Assembly (NCBI GenBank): GCA_036679645.1
Contig: JAZDCY010000056.1
Location: 32,001-96,000 of the forward strand
Direction: 5' to 3'
Source of the DNA: Gemmatimonadota bacterium
Lineage (GTDB): Bacteria; Gemmatimonadota; Gemmatimonadetes; Gemmatimonadales; GWC2-71-9
DNA length: 64,000 nucleotides
The notes beneath the pieces are model-generated. The model made no database searches. It was not told where the DNA came from and saw only the letters and a program-made list of their open reading frames with translations. Of the stretch, positions 9,848 to 19,278 are shown one piece after another. The translations under genes and the position numbers were made by a program. Position 1 is the stretch's first letter; each line of letters starts with the position of its first letter.

Positions 9848-11688
9848 TACATCTCGAACGGTTCGAAGGCCCAAGCGAAGATACACACGGCCACGATCAG
9901 CCCAGCGGCAACCGCGAGGAGAATGCTCTTGGCCAAGCCCGCCGTCGCCAGCACGATGATGCCGACGGCCGTGAGAACTGGCCAGAACGAACCGCCCGGC
10001 ACGTGGATCGGCTCGGGCGGTTCGTCGGGAATCTCGGAGACGCCGTTCGGCGTCCACAGCGGCAACCGGCTGCGGACTTCCGGTATGACCGAGAAATTGT
10101 AAACCGGAGGCGGCGAGGAAACTGCCCACTCGAGTTTCGGGGAGTTCCACGGGTTCTTGCCGGCGGGCTCACCTTTCCTCAACGTCCTGATCACGTTGAG
10201 CACGAACACGATCATCGCAATCGCGATGATGAAAGTGCCCGCCGTCGAGATTTCGTTGAACCGTGTCACGCCCAGGTCGTCCGGGTACGTGTAGATCCGC
10301 CGCGGCATACCCAGCAGCCCGGAGAAGTGCATGGGGAAGTGCGCCAGGTTGACTCCAATGAACATCAGCCAGAAATGCGTCTTCCCAAGCCCCTCATGCA
10401 TGATGCGCCCGAAGACCTTCGGGAACCAATAGTAGATACCGGCGAACAGGCCCATGATCGAGCCACCGACCAGTACGTAGTGGAAGTGGGCGACGACGAA
10501 GTAAGTGTCGGTTTGCTGCAGATCGGCGGGCGGTGACGCGTGCATGACGCCGGACAACCCACCGATCACGAACATCGCGATGAACCCAATGGAAAACAGC
10601 ATGGGGGTGGCGAAACGGATCTGTCCACCCCACATCGTGGCAATCCAGTTGAAGATCTTGACACCGGTCGGGATGGCGATGAGCATCGTGGTCGCGCCGA
10701 ACACCGAGTCGGCAACCGGACCGAGTCCGCTCGCGAACATGTGGTGCGCCCACACGCCCCACCCCATCACGCCGATGAGCAGCCCCGAATACACAACGAC
10801 TGCGTAGCCGAACAGCGGCTTGCGCGAGAAGACGGGGAGTACGTCCGAGACGATCCCCATGCTAGGGAGAATCAGGATGTAGACCTCGGGATGCCCGAAC
10901 AGCCAGAACAAGTGCTGCCAGAGCACCACGTCTCCGCCTGCAGAGACATTGTAGAAGGTTGTGCCGAACAGACGATCGAACGTGAGGAACACCAGCGCGA
11001 CCGTGATGACCGGAAAAGCCGTCACGATGATGAACTGCGTCACGAACGCCATCCACGTGAACACCGGCATGCGCATCATCTTCATACCCGGCGCGCGCAT
11101 GTTGATGATGGTCGTAATGAAGTTGAACCCTGCGGCTAACGACGCGACGCCCAGGATCTGCAGTCCAATGACCCAGAAATCGATATTGGGTCCGGGTGAA
11201 TACTGACGCGACGTCAGGTTCGCGTACCCGAACCACCCGCCATCGGGCGCGACACTCAGCGAATCGATCCCGAACAGCGGACCGGCGACGAAGCTGAAGT
11301 TCATGAACAGCCCGCCCAGCAGGAATAGCCAGTAGCTGAACGCGTTCAGCCGCGGGAACGCGACGTCGCGCGCGCCGATTTGGAGCGGGATGATGAAATT
11401 GAAGAATGCGGCAGAGAGGGGCATGATGGCCAGAAAGACCATCGTCGTGCCGTGCATCGTGAACAGCTGATTGAAGGTCTCGGCACTGACGAGGCTGTTG
11501 TCCGGACGCGCAAGCTGAAGCCGGATCAACAACGCCTCGAACCCGCCGACCAAAAAGAAGAACACAGCGGTTGCGCCGTACAGTATGCCGATCCGCTTGT
11601 GATCGGTGGTAGTGATCCAACTCCACAAGCCGGTACGGGCCTCGTGCGTGGCGGGGGCCGGCGTGTCGGTGACGGCGGTCGTGGCCAT
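9847..11688 (-). CDS. ctaD: Cytochrome c oxidase subunit I (A1 type)
   Basis: TTDHKRIGILY, HGTTM, DVAFPRLN, GHPEVYI, VWAHHMF, VVAHFHYV, GMPRR. Confidence 0.97.
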   Translation of the reverse strand: MATTAVTDTPAPATHEARTGLWSWITTTDHKRIGILYGATAVFFFLVGGFEALLIRLQLARPDNSLVSAETFNQLFTMHGTTMVFLAIMPLSAAFFNFIIPLQIGARDVAFPRLNAFSYWLFLLGGLFMNFSFVAGPLFGIDSLSVAPDGGWFGYANLTSRQYSPGPNIDFWVIGLQILGVASLAAGFNFITTIINMRAPGMKMMRMPVFTWMAFVTQFIIVTAFPVITVALVFLTFDRLFGTTFYNVSAGGDVVLWQHLFWLFGHPEVYILILPSMGIVSDVLPVFSRKPLFGYAVVVYSGLLIGVMGWGVWAHHMFASGLGPVADSVFGATTMLIAIPTGVKIFNWIATMWGGQIRFATPMLFSIGFIAMFVIGGLSGVMHASPPADLQQTDTYFVVAHFHYVLVGGSIMGLFAGIYYWFPKVFGRIMHEGLGKTHFWLMFIGVNLAHFPMHFSGLLGMPRRIYTYPDDLGVTRFNEISTAGTFIIAIAMIVFVLNVIRTLRKGEPAGKNPWNSPKLEWAVSSPPPVYNFSVIPEVRSRLPLWTPNGVSEIPDEPPEPIHVPGGSFWPVLTAVGIIVLATAGLAKSILLAVAAGLIVAVCIFAWAFEPFEM

Positions 11689-11690
11689 GG

Positions 11691-12716
11691 CTAGCGCCTA
11701 CTCTGCAGGTATGCGACGAGCGCCGCGATGTCGTCATCGCTGAGCGGGAACTGCGGCATCTTCGCGCCGGGTTTTTCGCCTTTCGGGTTTCCGATCCATC
11801 GGGCGAGACTGGCGGAATCATTGGGCAGTATCCCGGAGGCGATCGTGGTACGCGCCGCGACGTGCCAAAGTGTCGGGCCGAGCACGCCGCCCACGCCGTC
11901 CATCTGATGGCAGGCAATACACGTACGGAAGAAGAGATCCCGACCCGCCACCTGTTGGGCATCCGAAGAATCGAGCGGAACGGTCGCGCCTTGCTGCGCC
12001 ACCCATGCGTCGAAATCCGTGGACGCATCGACCACCACGCGCATCCGCATGTTAGCGTGCGATTCGCCACAGAACTCCGCGCATTGGCCGGCGAACGTTC
12101 CGACGGAGTCCGGTGTGAAGACCAACCGCGTCACCCGTCCCGGCATGACGTCGCGCTTGCCGTGCAACTTTGGAATCCAAAACGAATGAATGACATCCGC
12201 CGACCGCATGACCAGCTCAATCGGGCGGCCCTGCGGTACGTGCAGCTCATTCGCGGTTGAGATGCCCAGGTCCGCGTACTGAAACTCCCACCACCATTGG
12301 TGTCCGATCACCTCGACCTGGAGCGCGTCGTCCGGCGCCCCGCCGTCGATCTCGAAGATCGTCTGAATAGTGGGAACCGCTATGAAGATGAGAATGGCTG
12401 CGGGCGCCATCGTCCACGCGATCTCGGCCACGGTGTTGCCGTGCACGTGCCTGGGTTCCGGTCGGTCGGGCCGGGCGCGGAAACGCACGATCGTCACGAC
12501 GAGCGCGGCCTCGACAACGACGAAGACGACGACCGCCCACCAGAAGATCTGGGTGAACAGCGCATCGATCGCCCTGCCGCTATCGGCAGTGGGATGCAGG
12601 GTGGATTGCGGGAACGAGTCACCGCTGCATGCAGCGGCGCCTAGCATCAGCGCAACCGGAACTAGAAACCGGAGCGCTCGAGCCGCGCGCTTCCAGGGCT
12701 GGTGTCGAATGACCAT
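11691..12716 (-). CDS. ctaC: Cytochrome c oxidase subunit II with C-terminal cytochrome c (caa3 type)
   Basis: Lipobox AAAC, GHQWWWEF, DVIHSFW, CuA motif CAEFCGESHANM, heme c motif CIACH. Confidence 0.95.
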   Translation of the reverse strand: MVIRHQPWKRAARALRFLVPVALMLGAAACSGDSFPQSTLHPTADSGRAIDALFTQIFWWAVVVFVVVEAALVVTIVRFRARPDRPEPRHVHGNTVAEIAWTMAPAAILIFIAVPTIQTIFEIDGGAPDDALQVEVIGHQWWWEFQYADLGISTANELHVPQGRPIELVMRSADVIHSFWIPKLHGKRDVMPGRVTRLVFTPDSVGTFAGQCAEFCGESHANMRMRVVVDASTDFDAWVAQQGATVPLDSSDAQQVAGRDLFFRTCIACHQMDGVGGVLGPTLWHVAARTTIASGILPNDSASLARWIGNPKGEKPGAKMPQFPLSDDDIAALVAYLQSRR

Positions 12717-12909
12717 GTCCCGTGGTTGCCGTTTGCAAATGCGTCCGGTGGCCGTTTGTGGGCCGCCGGACGCCCGCGTATGGTACTCCGGGGGGGCGTT
12801 GGGGTCAACGCGGCGGGTCCTCTTCGGGGGCGCGGGTACAATCAGTCAAGCTGACCAGAGTCAGATAGGCCACGTCCAACATCCCGTCAACCCACACCTC
12901 GCCCAATGG

Positions 12910-13380
12910 ATGGTCAAGCACCCCGATACAGCCCTGACGTGGCCAGCAGATGTGATCGCCCGTCGGCTCGAGCGCATCCTAGAGGACGGCATTATCACTT
13001 CGGACGAACGCGACGACCTCCAGATACTGCTTGGGCAAGTGACCGGGAGCGATGCCGCGAGCGCGGCGCTCGCAAACCGCGCCTCGGGACTGCCACTCGA
13101 CGAACCCGCACCGACCATCGAATTCGAGGGCCGCGCATTCTGCTTCACCGGCAAGTTCTACTACGGCATGCGCCGGAGCTGCCAAGCGGCTGTCGCCGAT
13201 CGAGGCGGGGAATCGCACTCAGGCGTCACGACGAAAACCGACTATGTCGTGGTAGGACTTCTCGGTAGTCGAGACTGGATCCACGCCGGATGGGGAACCA
13301 AGATCGAGAAGGCAATCGAGTACCGGGACAGCACGGGACTGGCGATTGTCGGTGAAGACCATTGGGCAGCCAGCCTGTGA
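12910..13380 (+). CDS. BRCT domain protein, probably 5'-truncated
   Basis: FCFTGKF, GGESHSGVTTKTDYVVVG, WGTKIEKAIEY, IVGEDHW. The ORF-track extension to 12370 is antisense to ctaC and not credible. Confidence 0.75.
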   Translation: MVKHPDTALTWPADVIARRLERILEDGIITSDERDDLQILLGQVTGSDAASAALANRASGLPLDEPAPTIEFEGRAFCFTGKFYYGMRRSCQAAVADRGGESHSGVTTKTDYVVVGLLGSRDWIHAGWGTKIEKAIEYRDSTGLAIVGEDHWAASL

Positions 13381-13476
13381 TCCCTCTTCGCCTACCTCGA
13401 CAGGGAGCGGGTGACGGAAGAAATGGTAGCTTTCGTGGTGCCCCGAACCATCTAGAATCCGCTCAACGCAGGAGTT

Positions 13477-13959
13477 GTGGTGCACCTAGACCTCATCGCC
13501 ATTTGCGATATGGCGAACATCGACGTTGCCGGGAAGTTCAACATCATCGGCGAGTTCAATACCGTTTTTGCGCAGAATCCCCAAGCTGCGAACGTCGACA
13601 TCACGCTCGTAGGTAGGATCATTGCCGAGACCACCGAAATGGCGACCGGGCATCAAATATCGATCGCCTTGATCGACGCGGATGGTACTGAGGTGGCTCG
13701 CCTCCCTAATCAACCCGTCTCATTCAAGAAGGTTCTACCGGGAACATCGGGGAACCTGCGGGCCGACTTTGTCCTCACATTGGCGAGGGCGTCGTTTCCG
13801 CACTACGGGTCATATCGATTCGATGTTCTGATCAATGGCCGACACTTGGGTGGACGTGAGTTCTACGTTCTGAATCCGCAAGCACGGCCCGCCGCCCCCG
13901 AACCACCTCCAGGGCTCCCGGGGTCGGCCGGGCCGCCTGACCTATTGCCTGGTTCGTGA
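13477..13959 (+). CDS. DUF6941-like beta-rich hypothetical protein
   Basis: ICD.A...GKFNIIG.F and FPHYGSYRFDVLING pattern; RBS AGGAG upstream. Family assignment from memory. Confidence 0.65.
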   Translation: MVHLDLIAICDMANIDVAGKFNIIGEFNTVFAQNPQAANVDITLVGRIIAETTEMATGHQISIALIDADGTEVARLPNQPVSFKKVLPGTSGNLRADFVLTLARASFPHYGSYRFDVLINGRHLGGREFYVLNPQARPAAPEPPPGLPGSAGPPDLLPGS

Positions 13960-13962
13960 TCT

Positions 13963-14223
13963 TTGGCACGGTCAGCACGGGACTGGTTGGCCATGCTTGA
14001 GGATCGCAAACGCCTGCGATCCTGGCGATACCGTGACTTGCGAGCCGCGCTGACATGTGCGCAGGCAAACCTCGTCTCCGAGAAGGGAAGTCACCGAACC
14101 TACAAGCATGGGGACCACCGTGACCTCGTGACCCTGGTTGACAAGGGGAACGACACCTTACCAATTGGGTACGTCAAGGATGTCGCCAAGCTCCTTCGGG
14201 CAATCGTAGAACAAGAGGCTTAG
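13963..14223 (+). CDS. hicA: HicA-family toxin
   Basis: Small basic protein with KGSHRTYKH motif and C-terminal 'YVKDVAKLL' helix, directly upstream of a HicB-like gene. Confidence 0.8.
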   Translation: MARSARDWLAMLEDRKRLRSWRYRDLRAALTCAQANLVSEKGSHRTYKHGDHRDLVTLVDKGNDTLPIGYVKDVAKLLRAIVEQEA

Positions 14224-14227
14224 GACC

Positions 14228-14548
14228 ATGAAGACCCTTGAAGAGTATCTGGCAATGGATTGGTCTCCGATTACCGACACCGTCCGGGACGGAGACGAGG
14301 TATACGTTCGGCTCCTCGTGCCCGGCGTCCCCGATTTTGTCGTCTACGGCGATAGCGTCACCGAGGTGCAGGATCGCTGGCGCGAAGCTTTTGCCAGCCA
14401 CTTGGCGGGTTATCTAGCTGTGGGGAAAGTGATTCCCGAGCGGTTGGTGATTAAGGAGCTTGTGACCGACCGGTCCGATTCCACCGCTGCGTCGGGAGCA
14501 GGAGAAGCTCAGCCAAGACCGCATCGCGTGGAACTGGTGCCCGCCTAG
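14228..14548 (+). CDS. hicB: HicB-family antitoxin (no obvious DNA-binding domain)
   Basis: MKTLEEYLAMDW, VPGVPDFVVYGDSVTE and LAVGKVIPE match the HicB partial RNase H fold pattern. Confidence 0.78.
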   Translation: MKTLEEYLAMDWSPITDTVRDGDEVYVRLLVPGVPDFVVYGDSVTEVQDRWREAFASHLAGYLAVGKVIPERLVIKELVTDRSDSTAASGAGEAQPRPHRVELVPA

Positions 14549-14848
14549 AGCGCCACCCCAACAACCAATCCTGTCCCCAGGGCCGCGGGCACCAAGGGCG
14601 CAGCTCTTCGTATTTGCTCGTACCACGGAGGATGCGCCGACCGCTGGTACATCGCCGTCAGTGCCGTTTGGATCAGTGCGGTCGCATCAGTGATCGTGAC
14701 ATTGAGGTCCACCATCATTGAGTCCCTGCCGGCCAAGCTTTCCCCCGCACAACAAGTGCAGCGAGTCGGCTAGGTCCAGCCCGGATCTACACTCCACGTT
14801 CTCGGCCGTCAGAGGCCGGACCGCTGCGCCGATCGCCTCGCGGACCAT
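14545..14848 (-). pseudogene. Frameshifted remnant of a small helical protein with C-terminal hydrophobic anchor
   Basis: ATG at 14848 joins the 14545..14736 ORF if one G is removed from a G5 run near 14745. Confidence 0.35.
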
Positions 14849-14908
14849 ATCGGTCGGATTTCGGGGCCGTGGCTGGACGCTGACGGGCTCGCGAAGTACG
14901 ATTGCACA

Positions 14909-15394
14909 ATGCTCGAGGAAGTGAAGAAGAAGCTCCAGGCCGAGGTCGAGGCGCTCAACCACGAGATCCACGTTACGATCCCGGAGACGCTGAAAAGAGC
15001 GTTGGCAATGGGCGACCTGCGCGAGAACGGCGACTATCACGCCGCCATCGAGCGCCAGGGGTTCGTCATGGCACGTCTTACCCACCTGCGGAGTCGTCTG
15101 GGGAAACTCTCCAGCATCGATCTTTCCCAGGTGCCCAGCGATCGGGTCGGACTGGGATCGACAGTCCGGGTCCGCGACATGGCCACGAAAGCGGAGGAGA
15201 CCTGGGAGCTGGTGATTCCCGATTCGATGGACGTCGACGAGGGACAGATCTCGGTCTCGTCGCCCCTGGGCCGTGGGCTACTGGATAAGAAGGTGGGGGA
15301 GACGGCTACGGTGAAGCTCCCCGCCAGCAAGCGCAAACTCAAGATCCTCGATCTGACTACCTTGCACGACCGGGTCACGCACACCGAGGACTGA
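14909..15394 (+). CDS. greA: Transcription elongation factor GreA/GreB family
   Basis: GDLRENGDYHAA and ISVSSPLGRGLL. Confidence 0.9.
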   Translation: MLEEVKKKLQAEVEALNHEIHVTIPETLKRALAMGDLRENGDYHAAIERQGFVMARLTHLRSRLGKLSSIDLSQVPSDRVGLGSTVRVRDMATKAEETWELVIPDSMDVDEGQISVSSPLGRGLLDKKVGETATVKLPASKRKLKILDLTTLHDRVTHTED

Positions 15395-15479
15395 CCGACC
15401 CCGCCCACAGGATTCCCGCGTTGAGCCGAGTGGATCCAATCGACCCCTGCGGAACAACCCGTCACAGACACGAGCGTGC

Positions 15480-16133
15480 ATGCGGGAACACCACCTCGAC
15501 GTACGCCGCACGGCGCGGTACGTGACTCTGGGTCCCACCGACAGCTCGGTGGCGCTCGTATTCGCCTTCCACGGGTACGGCCAACTCGCGGCCACCTTTG
15601 CGACCGCGCTGGCCCCAATCGACGACGGCGCGCGCACGATCGTCGTGCCCGAGGGACTGTCCCGCCATTACCGGGATGCGACATCCGGCGAAGTGGGCGC
15701 AAGCTGGATGACGCGAGAGGACCGGGAGCACGAGATCGGCGATTACGTCGCCTATCTCGATGCGGTGTTTGACGCCGAGTCCGGGGTAACCGATTCACAA
15801 CCGATGGACATCATCGGCTTCTCGCAGGGGTCTGCCACAGCGTGGCGCTGGATTGCCGCTGGCCGCGTGCGTCCCCGCCGTCTGATCGCGTGGGGCGGAG
15901 AGATTCCGCCAGACCTGGACTGGGCGGCGATGGGTGACCGTATCCGTACGGTCGAGGTCACGCTCGTCGCAGGTACTACAGATCAATATGCTACGCCCGA
16001 CCGCATGGCACGTGACGCCGCGACACTCGACGCGCAGGCAGTCCGCCACAGCACGATCACGTTCGACGGCGGTCATCGTCTCGACGCGCGGGTCCTTGGC
16101 GAACTCTTCGCCGCCAGCGACCCGGCTTCCTAG
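15480..16133 (+). CDS. Phospholipase/carboxylesterase (alpha/beta hydrolase)
   Basis: FHGYGQ, GFSQG nucleophile elbow, GTTD, FDGGH. Confidence 0.88.
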   Translation: MREHHLDVRRTARYVTLGPTDSSVALVFAFHGYGQLAATFATALAPIDDGARTIVVPEGLSRHYRDATSGEVGASWMTREDREHEIGDYVAYLDAVFDAESGVTDSQPMDIIGFSQGSATAWRWIAAGRVRPRRLIAWGGEIPPDLDWAAMGDRIRTVEVTLVAGTTDQYATPDRMARDAATLDAQAVRHSTITFDGGHRLDARVLGELFAASDPAS

Positions 16134-16159
16134 GTTTCCTCGACCTCACCCAACACCCA

Positions 16160-17065
16160 ATGGACTACGCACTCTCACTTTCCGAAGTCGCCAAGTCGTT
16201 CGGTACTGTTCGCGCGGTCGACGGCATCACGCTCGACGTACCCACCGGCAGTATCTACGGATTCCTCGGCCCCAACGGTGCGGGCAAGACCACCACGATC
16301 CGGATGATCATGAGCATCCTGTATCCCGACGCAGGCACCGTGACCGTCCTCGGCAACGCCAACCCGGAAGCTGTGAAGGACCGCCTCGGCTATCTGCCGG
16401 AGGAAAAGGGGCTGTACAAGAAGATGCGGACCGGCGAGATCGTGGCCTACTTCGGCAAGCTCAAGGGCATGGATGGACGCACCGCCACCAAGGCCGCCGC
16501 GCGGCTCTTGGCGCAATGGAACCTGGGCGACTATGTCAACAAGACATGCGAGACACTTTCAAAAGGCATGGGACAGAAAGTCCAGATTCTGGCAACGCTC
16601 ATTCACGAGCCCGACCTCGTCATTCTGGACGAACCCTTCTCCGGTCTCGATCCGATCAACGTGGAGATCGTCCGCGAGCTGATTCTCAATCTGAAGCGTG
16701 AGGGCAAGACGGTCATCTTCTCCACCCACGTCATGGAGCAGGCCGAGCAGATCTGTGACTATCTCGTGTTGATCGACAAGGGTAAAGTGGTACTGAACGG
16801 CAGTCTCGCAGAGGTCAAGTCACGCGGTGACCAGGGCATCATCATCGACTACGACGGAGACGGCTCGGTCTTCCGACAGCTCCAAGGCGTGCGCCGCATC
16901 AACGATGCCGGGAAACAGGTGGAGCTGATCCTCGCCGAGGGCACAGACACGCAGGCCATTCTGTCGGCCCTCGTCGGCAAACTCACCATTCGACGTTTCG
17001 ACACGCGGGAGCCGTCATTGCACGAGATCTTCGTGCGCACCATCGGGGGTGCGCCTGATGCGTAA
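16160..17065 (+). CDS. ABC-2 type transporter ATP-binding protein (NatA-like)
   Basis: GPNGAGKTT, LSKGMGQK, ILDEPFSGLDP, STH. Confidence 0.93.
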   Translation: MDYALSLSEVAKSFGTVRAVDGITLDVPTGSIYGFLGPNGAGKTTTIRMIMSILYPDAGTVTVLGNANPEAVKDRLGYLPEEKGLYKKMRTGEIVAYFGKLKGMDGRTATKAAARLLAQWNLGDYVNKTCETLSKGMGQKVQILATLIHEPDLVILDEPFSGLDPINVEIVRELILNLKREGKTVIFSTHVMEQAEQICDYLVLIDKGKVVLNGSLAEVKSRGDQGIIIDYDGDGSVFRQLQGVRRINDAGKQVELILAEGTDTQAILSALVGKLTIRRFDTREPSLHEIFVRTIGGAPDA

Positions 17066-18623
17066 GGTCTTCCTCATCGCGCAGCGCGAGTTCATGGAAA
17101 ACGCGCGTACGAAGAGCTTCTGGATTGGGATCATCATCTTCCCCGTGATGCTCGGTCTGTTCTTCATCGTTCCAGCACTGCTCGACCGGACCAAGAGTGC
17201 ACGACAATACGCCGTTGTCGACGAGAGCGGGTGGCTGCTCGAGGCCGTCGACCAGGAACTGCTCGCGCGAGACATGGTCCTCGTTTTTCGTACGGCGGCC
17301 GAGCGGTACCGGGAGGCCGACTCCGACACCGCGCGCATCGCGCCACCGCTCGCGGGGCTCGCTCCCCAGCTCGCACCGCTCGACGAGACCCAACTCGCAG
17401 CCGCCGCTCGACGACTCGTCGACCCGGCGGACACGACGACCACCGACTCGATCCCCAATCCTCTTCTCGGAACACTCGAACGAGAGCGCGGTGCCATCCT
17501 GGCCTGGTGGCGGAGCCTCGATGCCGACGGCGTGAAGGAGCATGCACCGGGGTCCTTCAGGAAACGGTATGCCCGCGTAACCTACGACGGTGCGATACCG
17601 AGTCTCGATTCACTCGGTCACCTGGTGGCAAACGAGAAGTTGTTCGCCTACTTCGTTATCGGTAGCGATCCGGTCACCGGGAGCGAAGGCTCACGCTACA
17701 TCTCGAACAACCTCACCGACGATGACCTGCCCGAGTGGTTTGGCCGCCTAGCGAGCGCCGAGGTCCGTGCGCAACGCCTGAAACGGGAGCAGATCGACCA
17801 GCGTGTAGCACAATGGATCCAGACTCCCATCCGGTTCGAAGCGCGCAAGGTGTCTGGCGAGGGAGAGGAGGAGGCAGTCGAAAAGCAGGACCAGCTCAGG
17901 CAATGGGTACCCGTCGTGTTCGTCTACCTTCTCTGGATCTCGATCTTCACGATCACGCAAATGCTGATCACCAACACGATCGAGGAGAAATCGAATCGGA
18001 TCATCGAGGTGCTACTCTCTTCGGTTTCACCGGTCGAGTTGATGGCGGGGAAGATTCTGGGCATTGCCATCACCGGGCTGACGATCGTGGGATCGTGGAT
18101 GGTGTTCTTCTATCTCGGAACGAAATACGTGCCGGCGATGCTCGGAGCTCCACCAACCCTGGACCTCAGCGCGTTGGCCTCCGATCCGCTCTACGTCGGC
18201 TCGTTCATCATGTACTTCCTGCTGGGTTACCTCCTCTTTGCCGCCCTGCTCGTGGGGATCGGGTCCGTCTGCACGACATTGAAGGAGGCACAGAACCTCA
18301 TGGGACCCGTGACGCTCCTGCTCATCGTCCCGCTCATGGCGATGGTGCCGATTGGGAAGGACCCGAACGGGACGTTGGCGCAGGTGATGTCGTTCATTCC
18401 GCCGTTCACACCGTTCGTGATGATGAACCGGGCGGCGGCCCCGCCGAGCACACTCGAGTACATCCTGACGACCGCACTGCTGGTCGTCTCGATCGCAGTC
18501 ACTCTATGGGCGGCGGCAAAGGTCTTCCGGATCGGGATCCTGCTCACCGGCAAGCCGCCCAAGATCAAGGAAATCCTGCGCTGGATTCGGGCGCCGATTG
18601 GAGTCATCCCACAGCGGCGCTAA
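17058..18623 (+). CDS. ABC-2 type transporter permease (NatB-like)
   Basis: IAQREF N-terminus, IEEKSNRIIEVLLSS, GKILG, multiple TM helices; overlaps the ATPase stop. Confidence 0.9.
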   Translation: MRKVFLIAQREFMENARTKSFWIGIIIFPVMLGLFFIVPALLDRTKSARQYAVVDESGWLLEAVDQELLARDMVLVFRTAAERYREADSDTARIAPPLAGLAPQLAPLDETQLAAAARRLVDPADTTTTDSIPNPLLGTLERERGAILAWWRSLDADGVKEHAPGSFRKRYARVTYDGAIPSLDSLGHLVANEKLFAYFVIGSDPVTGSEGSRYISNNLTDDDLPEWFGRLASAEVRAQRLKREQIDQRVAQWIQTPIRFEARKVSGEGEEEAVEKQDQLRQWVPVVFVYLLWISIFTITQMLITNTIEEKSNRIIEVLLSSVSPVELMAGKILGIAITGLTIVGSWMVFFYLGTKYVPAMLGAPPTLDLSALASDPLYVGSFIMYFLLGYLLFAALLVGIGSVCTTLKEAQNLMGPVTLLLIVPLMAMVPIGKDPNGTLAQVMSFIPPFTPFVMMNRAAAPPSTLEYILTTALLVVSIAVTLWAAAKVFRIGILLTGKPPKIKEILRWIRAPIGVIPQRR

Positions 18624-19178
18624 TGAGGGCTGCTACGGGCGCTGCTGGGGCTCCATGCGGGCAAGTCGTGTCAGGTTCTTGCCGAACCGGATGGCGAGCG
18701 CCACAGACATGACGTTCCGTCGGGATAGAGACGACAATGCCTAGCCATGCGAGTAGCGCGTAACGCGGCAACCGTCCGGCGGCTACGGCCGCCAGGTACC
18801 GGCCCATGGGGTAGCCTTCCGCAAACGCCATCGCCTTGAACGGGAATGCCGGTAGCGGCGACACAGCTGATGCCACCAGAATGACGAAGGGAGCATGCGC
18901 AAAGCGGGCCCGCAGCCAGCCCACGGTCCCTTGCGCGAAGAAAGGCTTGTGTGCGACTCGGGAGATCAGCGGCACGAACACCCGGTGATCGACACATGCG
19001 GGGACGACGGTGCCGACGGTCGCGATCACCGCGGTGGTCCAGACACCGTACCGTGCGCCGTACCAGATGACCACGGGCTCGTGGGGAACGACCGAGAGTG
19101 CCACATTCGAGAGGAACGCGTAGCCGAAGAGGACTACCGGCTCTCCAACAGATCTGCAAGCGCCGCCCGGGTATGCAT
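18604..19178 (-). pseudogene. DedA/VTT (SNARE-associated) membrane protein, frameshifted near its 5' end
   Basis: Core FLSNVALSVVPHEP..SPLPAFPFK..GRLPRY. Frame from ATG 19178 (MHTRAALADLLE) stops early unless 2 nt of GAGAG (~19140) are removed. Confidence 0.55.
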
Positions 19179-19278
19179 GACGAGTGTCGGGGGAGAATGC
19201 ATCGGCGGTGACGGTTGACAGTTGACGGTTGACGGTGGTGATGCCACTCTCCTCCGCGTTCCCATTCCCTGAACTGCC

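Noticed and set aside
12370..12850. N-terminal extension of the BRCT ORF
   Set aside because: Antisense to ctaC and its promoter region; chance open frame in GC-rich DNA.
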